This document shows positions 7,719 through 16,002 of a DNA stretch of 32,000 nucleotides, piece by piece; the stretch's first letter is position 1, and the number at the start of each line of letters is the position of its first letter. This DNA is from an uncultured Chloroflexia bacterium (lineage in GTDB: Bacteria > Chloroflexota > Ktedonobacteria > Ktedonobacterales > JADMIN01): the NCBI GenBank assembly GCA_963718915.1, contig CAVRAI010000004.1, positions 750,001 to 782,000 on the forward strand. The letters run 5' to 3'. The notes beneath the pieces are model-generated. The model saw nothing but the letters and a program-made list of their open reading frames with translations. It was not told where the DNA came from and searched no databases. The translations under genes and the position numbers were made by a program.

Positions 7719-10484
7719 ATGGCTCGAAAGAGTAACAGCGCTGAAGGCGGCGGGTCTCGGCATATGAGCGCTGCGAACATCTATCGGTCGACCCAGTCGG
7801 CGTCTGAGGCTGCCTCGGTTGATGCGGCGCTATCGCTAACAAACGCAGAGATAGATGCTCCTGAAGAAGATGTAGCACAAGATGATGCTGTGCCTGTTCT
7901 GACATCCATCTATGATCGTACGCCAGTCCGCGAACGACTCGAATATCAGGCGCGACAGATGTGGGACTACATCCGATCTATGCGGCTTGAGCAGTGGCTC
8001 TGGATCGGCGTAATTCTGCTGGCGACGATTTTGCGCTTCTGGGATTTGGGCGCAAAACCGCTTCATCATGACGAGAGCATGCATGCGTTTTTCTCGTTGA
8101 CATTCGCTCGTAATCCTGCGAGCTATGAGTATGATCCATTGCTCCATGGGCCGTTTCAGTTCCATGCTGAAGGCTTCATTTTTATGGTGATACTGGCTGC
8201 TGAGCGTATTTTTGGCGTTGGTGGCGCGGCTGGGAACCCATGGATCAACGATGCGACTGCCCGAATCTTACCAGCGATATTTGGCGTCGGAATCGTCGTG
8301 CTGCCACTTGGCCTGCGGCGCCAGCTTGGCCGCATTGGCGCGCTGGTTGCCGCGCTGCTGCTGGCGGTCTCGCCCACTTTCGTTTACTTCTCTCGCTTCC
8401 TGCGCGAAGACATTTACTTCAACTTCTTCATGTTCGCGGTGGTGATCTGTGCGGTGCAATATGCTCACAAGCGCACTATTCGCTGGATAGTAGGTCTTTT
8501 TCTCTCGGCCATCTTAGCGTATGCCACCTTTGAAGGCATCTACCTGACCTTGGTCATCTTCGCCTCGTTCCTGGTGCTGCTCGTGCTCTGGGAACTCTCC
8601 TACAGTCTGGCGCGTCGCCTGCCAAAGGAGTTGACGCGACGCGAGCGGCTCTTCTTCAGTCGAGCGGGGCTGCTGCTGGTAGCAGGCGGCATCGGTGGTA
8701 TTCTGGCCTACATCGGCCTGCACATCCTGAACAACCTCAGCACCTATATCACCACGCATACTGCCCAGACAGATATCCAGATCGTTCAATTGGAAAACAC
8801 GACGGTGCTGGTTCTGCTCTATCTGAGTATCATTGTCGCCATCACGGTCATTGGCGTCTTGCTCTGGCAAATCTCGCGTGATGATAGCCGTGTCAGCTTT
8901 GAGGGCGAGCCATACGATGACGCCGACGAAGAACACGTGCCAGGTAAGTCGTTTTCCAATCGGCTCGAGGCGATCTTTACCGCGCCTGGACGGCGGATCG
9001 CGGCCATTCGCGAGCGCATCGATCCCGACGAGAAGCCCTTCCTGCATATGTTGCTTGGGATTAGTTGGGTGCACTGGTTCGTTGGGATTGTCGCGGCATG
9101 GGTGGTTTTTGCTGCCCTTTACTGGGTGCTGCCCCCTGGTCCTCAGGGCAATCTGACATGGGGGCAGGGCTTCCAGATTGGTGTCGGCAGGGGCGTCTGG
9201 CAGGGCCTCTATTACTGGTTGCAACAACAACAGATCGCTCGTGGTGGGCAGCCGATCTATTACTACATGTTGCTGCTGCCACTCTACGAGCAGCTTGCCA
9301 TCGTCTTTGGCATTGGGGGCGCGGTCTATGCGCTATTCCGCCCGACTCGCTTCCGCCTCTTCCTGGTCTGGTGGTTTGTTGTCTCCATGGGCCTGTATTC
9401 CTGGGCAGGGGAGAAGATGCCGTGGCTCTCGATCCACATTCTGCTGCCGTTGATGTTGCTGGCGGCGATTATGATCGAGCGGCTGATTGAGGCATGCATC
9501 GATCTCTCGTGGGATGTTCGGCTACAGGGAGCGCGCGCGCTGCTCTTGCGCCCGGCGGAACAGGTTCAATTGGCCACCGAAGCAAGTCTCAACGCGAGCA
9601 GTTCGGGTGACATAGCCACCGAGCAGAGCCGGTTCTCTGAATCCAGTGCGGATAGGGAAAATGATATCGTCAGAGAACAGGTGCAACACAACCCCTGGAA
9701 CCCACCTGCCTTCTTCATATCCATCCAGCGGTTCTTGACGCCGGTAGGGCGGGTTATTCAGCGCGTGAAACGTGCAGTTGCCTGGCGCTCCGTCGGAACC
9801 ATTGCGACGGCAGCGCTGGCGCTGGCGCTCTTCATCCCGATGATTCATAGTATGGTCGAGCTCGCCTACGTGGAACCAGCGGATGGTCCACAAGAGATGA
9901 TGACCTATGTGCAGACGACGCCAGATGTCACTGCGGCGATGGCGAAGATCAACGCTGCGGATCAGAAGCTCCATGCAGGTAATCACCAGCTACAGGTATG
10001 GGTGGGCCAGGGCGAGGAATGGCCAATGTACTGGTATCTGCGCGACTATTACCTGGATCCCCATCCGGGAACGTATGTAACCTTTGATCCAGCCAGCCTT
10101 ACTGATAAGTTTGCCCAGGGCGTGCCTGCTCCCGATGTGCTCATCCTGCTGCCGTCCGACGCGGCCACGTTTATGGCGGCGCATCCTGGCTATCATGCGA
10201 AGCAATACAAATTGCGCTCGTGGTGGGATGAGTCGTATAAGCTGCCGCTTTGCAGCGCGACGGTCAAATCAATGTGTACGACGTCCGCGGATTGGGGAAC
10301 TGGTGTCGGGCTAGGTAACTACCTGAGCTACGGCAGCCAGCCTCCCGCCAACGCGAAGTTCGATCTGGGGCGGACCGTGAATCGGCTCTGGAACTGGCTC
10401 TGGTACCGCCAGCCACTGGGTGATGTCAATGGCTCGTACGATTTTACGCTGGTCGTTCGCGATGGACTTCCTATTCAACCATAG
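7719..10484 (+). CDS. TIGR03663-family membrane protein (PMT-like N-terminus, GT-C type), 921 aa
   Basis: Intact ORF with AGGAG (7707-7711) 7 nt before the ATG. Motifs: LRFWDLGAKPLHHDESMH (DE at 8070-8075), LLHGP (8142-8153), FVYFSRFLREDIY, GGQPIYYYMLLLPLYE, EKMPWLSIHILLP, and a C-terminal WPMYWYLRDY. The invariant DE, HGP and Arg residues fit the TIGR03663 description. Confidence 0.85.
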   Translation: MARKSNSAEGGGSRHMSAANIYRSTQSASEAASVDAALSLTNAEIDAPEEDVAQDDAVPVLTSIYDRTPVRERLEYQARQMWDYIRSMRLEQWLWIGVILLATILRFWDLGAKPLHHDESMHAFFSLTFARNPASYEYDPLLHGPFQFHAEGFIFMVILAAERIFGVGGAAGNPWINDATARILPAIFGVGIVVLPLGLRRQLGRIGALVAALLLAVSPTFVYFSRFLREDIYFNFFMFAVVICAVQYAHKRTIRWIVGLFLSAILAYATFEGIYLTLVIFASFLVLLVLWELSYSLARRLPKELTRRERLFFSRAGLLLVAGGIGGILAYIGLHILNNLSTYITTHTAQTDIQIVQLENTTVLVLLYLSIIVAITVIGVLLWQISRDDSRVSFEGEPYDDADEEHVPGKSFSNRLEAIFTAPGRRIAAIRERIDPDEKPFLHMLLGISWVHWFVGIVAAWVVFAALYWVLPPGPQGNLTWGQGFQIGVGRGVWQGLYYWLQQQQIARGGQPIYYYMLLLPLYEQLAIVFGIGGAVYALFRPTRFRLFLVWWFVVSMGLYSWAGEKMPWLSIHILLPLMLLAAIMIERLIEACIDLSWDVRLQGARALLLRPAEQVQLATEASLNASSSGDIATEQSRFSESSADRENDIVREQVQHNPWNPPAFFISIQRFLTPVGRVIQRVKRAVAWRSVGTIATAALALALFIPMIHSMVELAYVEPADGPQEMMTYVQTTPDVTAAMAKINAADQKLHAGNHQLQVWVGQGEEWPMYWYLRDYYLDPHPGTYVTFDPASLTDKFAQGVPAPDVLILLPSDAATFMAAHPGYHAKQYKLRSWWDESYKLPLCSATVKSMCTTSADWGTGVGLGNYLSYGSQPPANAKFDLGRTVNRLWNWLWYRQPLGDVNGSYDFTLVVRDGLPIQP

Positions 10485-10520
10485 CATAGGCCTGGCGCTG
10501 AACAGAGAGGTGGCGTGCTG

Positions 10521-11256
10521 ATGAACCAACAGACGCACGCTGAACAGGCGCCGCTGGACATGCTGGAGGAGCGCATCGGCGCCTCCTTCAGCGACAGTAC
10601 GCTGCTTGTCCGCGCGCTGACCCATCATTCAATCTGCCCGCAGACGGCACAGCGCGACGCCTATGACACGCTGGAGTTTCTCGGCGATGCGCTTATCAGC
10701 GCCTATGTCGTGGAGCACCTCTTTCAGGCCTATCCCGATGCGACCGAGGGCGAGTTGACCGCGCTGAAGTCGGAGGTGGTCAGCCGGAGGGTGTTTGCGC
10801 AGATTGGGCTAGGCCTTGGCCTCATGGAGTTCATCCGCGCTGATCCAGCCAGCCTGCGCACCTTTAATGATCGTTCGCGCGAGTCGCTGTGCGCTGACGT
10901 GCTGGAAGCGTTGGTTGGCGCGATCCACCTGGATGCCGGACGGGCGGCGGGCGAAGATTTTTGTCGGTCGGTTCATTCTGCCGGTTATTCCTGAGGTGCG
11001 AGCGACCCTAGGCGAACGCAATCCCAAGGGCGCGCTCCAGCAGCATGTCTTACGTCAGTCGGGGCAACTTCCACGCTATGAAGTGCTCGATGAGCGTGGT
11101 GAGAGTAACGACCGCAGCTATCTTGTCGGCGTCTTCGCGGGAGATCGCCTGCTTGGGCGCGGCGAGGGCAGCAGCATTAAAGCGGCTGGCAGAGAGGCGG
11201 CTCGTGCGGCGCTCGCAGGCGAATTTCCCAATGGCAACGGGCCATTCACAGAATAA
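10521..11256 (+). pseudogene. rnc: Ribonuclease III, interrupted by a +1 frameshift at about 10941-10953
   Basis: The upstream piece (ORF 10515..10994; ATG 10521 lies 10 nt after AGAGAGG) carries the RNase III signature DTLEFLGDA and ...VLEALVGAIHLDAG. The downstream frame (ORF 10816..11256) continues AKIFVGRFILPVIPEV...RNPKGALQQHV...LPRYEV...GEGSSIKAAGREAARAAL, which is the dsRNA-binding domain. Deleting one G from the GGG run at 10949-10951 restores one frame. Confidence 0.85.
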
Positions 11257-12328
11257 GCATCGCATCGCCGAAGCTGTAGAACCGATACCGTTGAACAACC
11301 GCCTCTTCATAGGCGCGCAGTATCAACTCGCGGCCAGCGAACGCACTCACCAGCACCAGGAGCGTCGAGCGCGGCAGGTGGAAATTGGTGATCATCACAT
11401 CCACTGCCCGAAACTCCGAGCCGGGCCGGAGAAATAGCGATGTGCGCCCGCGATAGGGTGTCACCAGCGCGGATGCGCTTGCTAACGCGCCTTCACCTTG
11501 CGCTCGCTGCTCAGCAGTCAGCGCGGCAACACTCTCCAGCACGCGCACTGACGTTGTGCCGACGGCGACTATTCGCCCTCTGTTAGGCCGTGTCGTGTTG
11601 ATCTTCTCCGCCGCTTCAGCATCCAGTTCGATCTCTTCTGTGTGCATCACATGCTCTTCGAGGTTGTCTTCTTCGATGGGTCGGAAGGTGTCCAGGCCAA
11701 TGTGCAGTGTGACGGTTGCCAGGCCAATACCGCGTGCGGTGAGGGAGGCGAGCAGTTGTGGGGTGAAGTGCAGCCCAGCTGTTGGCGCTGCGGCTGATCC
11801 CGGCAGGCGGGCGTAAACGGTCTGATAGCGCTCGGCGTCGGCTAGCGGCGCATGGATATAGGGTGGCAATGGCACCGTGCCAACCCGCGCGATTGCGTTG
11901 GCAACCACGCCCTCGCGAGCGGCCAGATGGACGATGCGCCCTCCAGATGGGGTGCGTTCAAGAATCTCCGCGGTAAGTAGCCCGTCACCAAAGAGCACGC
12001 GCTGGCCCGCGCGCAACCGCCGCCCTGGACGCACCAGCGCCTCCCAATAGTCCAGTCCCAGATCGTTGCGGATTGCCAGCAGGAGGATTTCTGCCCGGCC
12101 GCCACTGTCCTGCTTCACGCCTAGTAGGCGCGCTGGTAGCACACGGCTCTGATTGGCGACCAGCAGATCACCCGTATGCAGATAATCTCCGATATCGCGG
12201 AAATGTCGGTGCTCGATCCGTCCGTCGCTGCGATGCAACACGAGCAGACGCGAGCTATCACGTGGTTCAATGGGCGTTTGTGCGATTAATTCCGGGGGCA
12301 GGCCGTAGGTGAAATCGGAGATATTCAT
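11246..12328 (-). CDS. queA: S-adenosylmethionine:tRNA ribosyltransferase-isomerase
   Basis: The 360-aa ORF starts MNISDFTYGLPPELIAQTPIEPRDSSRLLVL. It also carries ...PLPPYI... and ...TAGLHFT...VTLHIGLDTF...VAVGTTSVR..., the typical QueA pattern along its whole length. It converges on rnc with an 11-nt overlap. Confidence 0.92.
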   Translation of the reverse strand: MNISDFTYGLPPELIAQTPIEPRDSSRLLVLHRSDGRIEHRHFRDIGDYLHTGDLLVANQSRVLPARLLGVKQDSGGRAEILLLAIRNDLGLDYWEALVRPGRRLRAGQRVLFGDGLLTAEILERTPSGGRIVHLAAREGVVANAIARVGTVPLPPYIHAPLADAERYQTVYARLPGSAAAPTAGLHFTPQLLASLTARGIGLATVTLHIGLDTFRPIEEDNLEEHVMHTEEIELDAEAAEKINTTRPNRGRIVAVGTTSVRVLESVAALTAEQRAQGEGALASASALVTPYRGRTSLFLRPGSEFRAVDVMITNFHLPRSTLLVLVSAFAGRELILRAYEEAVVQRYRFYSFGDAMLIL

Positions 12329-12363
12329 GGGTCATATTATATCTCAGTGTGGCCGATACAGCG

Positions 12364-12966
12364 CTACCGAACAGGCTTGACAGGCTTGGGCGCAATTGTT
12401 CCGGGTGGTGGAAGCCGCTTCATATCTGCTGCAGGTTCGACTGAGCGATGGGCAAGTCTTCCGATGAATGGGTAGGTATACTTTTTACCCAGCAGGGAGG
12501 CAATGGCTCCTACAATTGATGACGAAAAGAAGAATATCGTCGCGCCAACCGGAATAAGAAATAAGCCGATCACCGAGCCAATCATGCTCCCGCCCGCAAT
12601 CTGCCCGGGCAAACCACTTGACTCGGAACCGCCAACGGAGAGAATTGTCGTAAGTAGCAGAAGGCCAATCGCCAGAAAGACAATGATATGGCCTAACGTC
12701 TGCCAGAGGACGGCCTGCCGCGCCTGCATCGCCACATAGCGTGATCGACGTCGTTGAGTGAACCAGATCACTGACGCGAGCAGCATTCCTGGTAAACTGA
12801 AGAGAGTCAGTAGATGGGCGACGGCGGCGAGGATGCGTTCCAGGGCAGTTGGACGAATGGGATAGCGCACCTCGGACCAGTGCGTTGGCCCGTCATTCGT
12901 AAATATTGGCGCCGATCCTTTCCACGTTACGTGCGCGAAAATCTGGATACGGAAAGCGCGATGCAC
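12364..12966 (-). CDS. DUF4870-like small polytopic membrane protein
   Basis: The pattern AHLLTLFSLPGMLLASVIWFTQRRRSRYVAMQARQAVLWQT, followed by further TM segments, resembles the DUF4870/Tic20-like family. The start is uncertain: GTG at 12966 has no clear SD. Confidence 0.6.
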   Translation of the reverse strand: MHRAFRIQIFAHVTWKGSAPIFTNDGPTHWSEVRYPIRPTALERILAAVAHLLTLFSLPGMLLASVIWFTQRRRSRYVAMQARQAVLWQTLGHIIVFLAIGLLLLTTILSVGGSESSGLPGQIAGGSMIGSVIGLFLIPVGATIFFFSSSIVGAIASLLGKKYTYPFIGRLAHRSVEPAADMKRLPPPGTIAPKPVKPVR

Positions 12967-13040
12967 AGCTTACGCCAGAAGGTGGCGGACGGTCAAGCGA
13001 TAATTTGAGAGTCGCACGGTGTGGATTTTAGTCATTGCTC

Positions 13041-13069
13041 TCGAATCGCTCGCGCAAGTGTGCTATATT
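13041..13069 (+). promoter_or_regulatory. Putative extended -10 promoter (TGcTATATT, 13061-13069; weak -35 TCGAAT, 13041-13046) upstream of the PP2C gene
   Basis: Read directly from the sequence, in an AT-richer intergenic stretch about 150 nt upstream of the CDS. Confidence 0.3.
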
Positions 13070-13211
13070 CAGGTATCGTGCGCTACAAAGTACCGTTCAG
13101 GCACTGGCAACAGGCCAGAATATGGTATGGTGTGGCGATGTATCGGCGAGAAACTGGGCAGCGGAGGCGAGGTCGTGGCTCCTGCCTGTCCGGACTAATC
13201 ACTACTCATGA

Positions 13212-15227
13212 ATGAGAGGGCCGCAAGTGGACGACCTTCACCCAGATAGCGATGATGCCAAAGTTGTGAAGATCCCCAGTGATACCAGTGATATCAGCGA
13301 TAACGGTGATGACACGGCAGAGATGTCGGATTCTCCGGTAACAGACAATGCAGCCGCTGCCGAGGTTGCAAGCAGTGAAAGCGCCGGGCCTGACAATGCA
13401 GCCACCGACGAGTTAGGCGCGGGCAAGGCGGAAGATGGCGCATCTTCGTCGGAAGATAGCAAAGATGCGTCTGCGGCGCAGCAACCAGAGTCAGAGGAGA
13501 CGCCCTCCGCCGATGCAGCGGATGAGGAAGAAGTGGATGCCACATCGGATGATACTGAGCCTATGCCGGCGATCAATATCCCATCGGCACAGAGTGCATC
13601 AGTTTTTTCAACGGTTCGCGAACTCGGCCGAGATGCCTGGGGGCGCATTCTGCTAGCATGGCGCAACGACGCGCAGACATCATCTGGCCAGGAGCCACCA
13701 GCGGTGCTGCTGGAGCGGACTGCGCTCGATGTTGTGGCTGCAAGGCGCATCGTCGACTTCCACCTTTACCACGCGCGCCTGTTGGCGCCGAGAGCAGTCG
13801 TTCAGCGCGAGGGTGAGACCCACTGGCTAGTCGTCGAAGCGCCCGCCAACTATGAAGCGCCCTTTGAGGCGATTGGCGATGGTGGGCGGCTGGAGGTGCG
13901 GAGTGCGCTCAAGGCAGGGGTAGGGCTTGCCAACGCGCTTTCGTACCTTCACACCAATGGCGTCGCGCATGAGAACGTTGGGCCAATGGCAATCCTGGTT
14001 CACGATGGCCGTGCCTATCTCAGCGGGGTCGAACGGTGTATGCTTGTTGAAGCATCCGACGAAACCGGCGCAGCTCTCTTCTCTGCTGATGTCAATGGGT
14101 TGGGTCGTTCACTTGCGATGCTTGCAGGGCTGCCTGACGAGGCTTCCGACGACGAGACTGCCCCCGCGCAGGCGCTTCGGGCTATCGCGGCTCGTGCGGA
14201 TGCTGCTGGATACGCGACCGCGGAAGAGCTGGCGCAGGAGTGTGGGGCGGCGCTACAGGAACCCGCTCAAACGTTGCCAGAAGCGGATGAGACCGCAACA
14301 CATGCGTTGGCGTTTCATTGTGGAACGGCCACCACGATCGGATTGCTCCGTACCCAGAACCAGGATGCTCTTGGTTGCACGGTTCTGGAGATACGTGACG
14401 ATATTGGCAGGGATCAACCACTTGGTATCTTCCTCGTCGCGGACGGCATGGGAGGCGAGGCAGCCGGGGAAATTGCCAGCCGTATCGGCGCGCGTATCGC
14501 GACAGCGGAGATTATGCAGCAGTTGCTTTCTCCGACGGTGGCTATGCCCGCCATCGATCCATTCTCTCCCGAATTTACCTCGGGAACCACAAGCGTCGCG
14601 ATGCTTGTCCAGGCGCTTGCGGTAGCGGTTGACCGTGCCAATCGGCAGGTGCGCGAGCTTGCCAGAACACTGCAAGAGTCTACCGGGACGACGCTGACGG
14701 TCGTTGTCGTAGCGGGCAGTCGGGCTGTTCTTGCCCATTTGGGAGATAGCCGCGCCTATCTCTTACGCGCGGGCACCCTAGTGCAGTTAACCAAGGATCA
14801 CTCACTACTGGCACGGCTCACGGAGCTTGATCATCCACTGCTCAACGATCCATCGTTCGGCATGCCACGGAATTATCTCTATCGCTCATTGGGCCAGGAA
14901 GATGAAGCGCCGCCCGACCTGATGGAGTTTCCCATTGCTCCAGGCGACCGCATGTTGCTGTGCAGCGATGGCCTCTGGGATGAATTGGATGACGCGACGA
15001 TTCAGCGTTGCCTCACCAGCACCGATGACCCGGCGGAATGCGCCAACCATCTGGTGCGTCTGGCCAATGCATCGGGCGGTCACGATAACAGCACAGCCGT
15101 CGTCGTCTTTGTGGAAGCGCTACGCGATGACCCAGCCACGGAATTTACGCCCGAACAGATTGATGCGATTTTGCGTGCGTCGGGCGCTTTGGACGAGGAA
15201 GAGGGCGAAGACGACAGCGAAAACTAA
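13212..15227 (+). CDS. Multidomain Ser/Thr phosphatase: acidic low-complexity N-terminus, degenerate kinase-like (pseudokinase) segment, and a C-terminal PP2C (PPM) domain
   Basis: PP2C motifs: RTQNQDAL, FLVADGMGGEAAGEIAS, TLTVVVVAGSRAVLAHLGDSRAYL, LCSDGLWDEL, GGHDNSTAVVV. The kinase-like segment is HWLVVEAP...GLANALSYLHTNGVAHENVGPMAILV...YLSGV, with HRD replaced by HEN and DFG by SGV. An alternative GTG start at 13227 has a better SD (GAGAGGG, 6 nt). Confidence 0.85.
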   Translation: MRGPQVDDLHPDSDDAKVVKIPSDTSDISDNGDDTAEMSDSPVTDNAAAAEVASSESAGPDNAATDELGAGKAEDGASSSEDSKDASAAQQPESEETPSADAADEEEVDATSDDTEPMPAINIPSAQSASVFSTVRELGRDAWGRILLAWRNDAQTSSGQEPPAVLLERTALDVVAARRIVDFHLYHARLLAPRAVVQREGETHWLVVEAPANYEAPFEAIGDGGRLEVRSALKAGVGLANALSYLHTNGVAHENVGPMAILVHDGRAYLSGVERCMLVEASDETGAALFSADVNGLGRSLAMLAGLPDEASDDETAPAQALRAIAARADAAGYATAEELAQECGAALQEPAQTLPEADETATHALAFHCGTATTIGLLRTQNQDALGCTVLEIRDDIGRDQPLGIFLVADGMGGEAAGEIASRIGARIATAEIMQQLLSPTVAMPAIDPFSPEFTSGTTSVAMLVQALAVAVDRANRQVRELARTLQESTGTTLTVVVVAGSRAVLAHLGDSRAYLLRAGTLVQLTKDHSLLARLTELDHPLLNDPSFGMPRNYLYRSLGQEDEAPPDLMEFPIAPGDRMLLCSDGLWDELDDATIQRCLTSTDDPAECANHLVRLANASGGHDNSTAVVVFVEALRDDPATEFTPEQIDAILRASGALDEEEGEDDSEN

Positions 15228-15239
15228 AGGAGATCGCTG

Positions 15240-15983
15240 GTGAGCATGCACCTGACCGTATACGATCTTGCAGGCCGAGTGGCGCTGGTTACAGGCGTCA
15301 CGGGTGGTCTCGGCCCGGCGTTGGTTCGTGCGTTCGTCGAGGCTGGCTCCGTGGTCATCGGTATCGGTTCGCGGGCGGGCGAGGAGCGGGAGGCGGCTAT
15401 TCGCATGCTCCTCGACAGCGATGGCAATGATCGATTTAGCCTCGTGGCGGTGGACGCCACGGATGAGGCAGGTGTTGCTCAGGTAGTCGCTGATACACGG
15501 GCAGCGCACGGCCACTTAGATATCCTGGTCAACGGAATCGGCGGATTTCATGCCGGTGAGCCAGTCTCAAAGACGCCACTGGAGACCTGGGAGCATATGT
15601 TTGCCCTGAATCTGCGGCCAACATTCCTCTTCTCCAAATATGCCTCCCGCGCCATGGTTGACCAGAGCTGGGGTCGAATCATCAACCTGTCGTCGCGGGC
15701 GGCGCGCAGCGGCCGCAAGAACGCCGCCGCCTATGCTGCCGCAAAGAACGCTGTCATTACGCTGACGGAGGCGCAGGCTGATGAGCTTCGCGATGCCGGG
15801 GTGACTGTCAACGCGATCCTGCCCAGCATTATCGATACGCCCGCCAACCGCGCGGGAATGCCCACCGCGGATACCAGCCGCTGGCCCACGGCAGAGCAAC
15901 TCGCCAGAGTGGTGCTTTTTCTTGCCTCAGACGACGCTGGCCTGATCAGCGGCGCATCTATCCCAGTCTATGGGCGCGCCTGA
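15240..15983 (+). CDS. Short-chain dehydrogenase/reductase (SDR) family oxidoreductase
   Basis: GTG start 7 nt after AAGGAG (15227-15232). It carries the cofactor motif ALVTGVTGGLG, the NGIG motif, and the catalytic S...YAAAK (NLSSRAA...YAAAKNAV). It begins 13 nt after the PP2C stop. Confidence 0.85.
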   Translation: MSMHLTVYDLAGRVALVTGVTGGLGPALVRAFVEAGSVVIGIGSRAGEEREAAIRMLLDSDGNDRFSLVAVDATDEAGVAQVVADTRAAHGHLDILVNGIGGFHAGEPVSKTPLETWEHMFALNLRPTFLFSKYASRAMVDQSWGRIINLSSRAARSGRKNAAAYAAAKNAVITLTEAQADELRDAGVTVNAILPSIIDTPANRAGMPTADTSRWPTAEQLARVVLFLASDDAGLISGASIPVYGRA

Positions 15984-16002
15984 TGACGAGCTTCGCGCAG
16001 TG

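Noticed and set aside
8514-9230. 238-aa ORF on the - strand
   Set aside because: It is antisense to the TIGR03663 gene and has shadow-ORF composition with no motif. The sense-strand product carries the family signatures.
13238-13750. 170-aa ORF on the - strand
   Set aside because: It is antisense to the acidic low-complexity N-terminus of the PP2C gene. Its Ser/Ala-rich sequence is the mirror image of GAx/GCx-rich codons.
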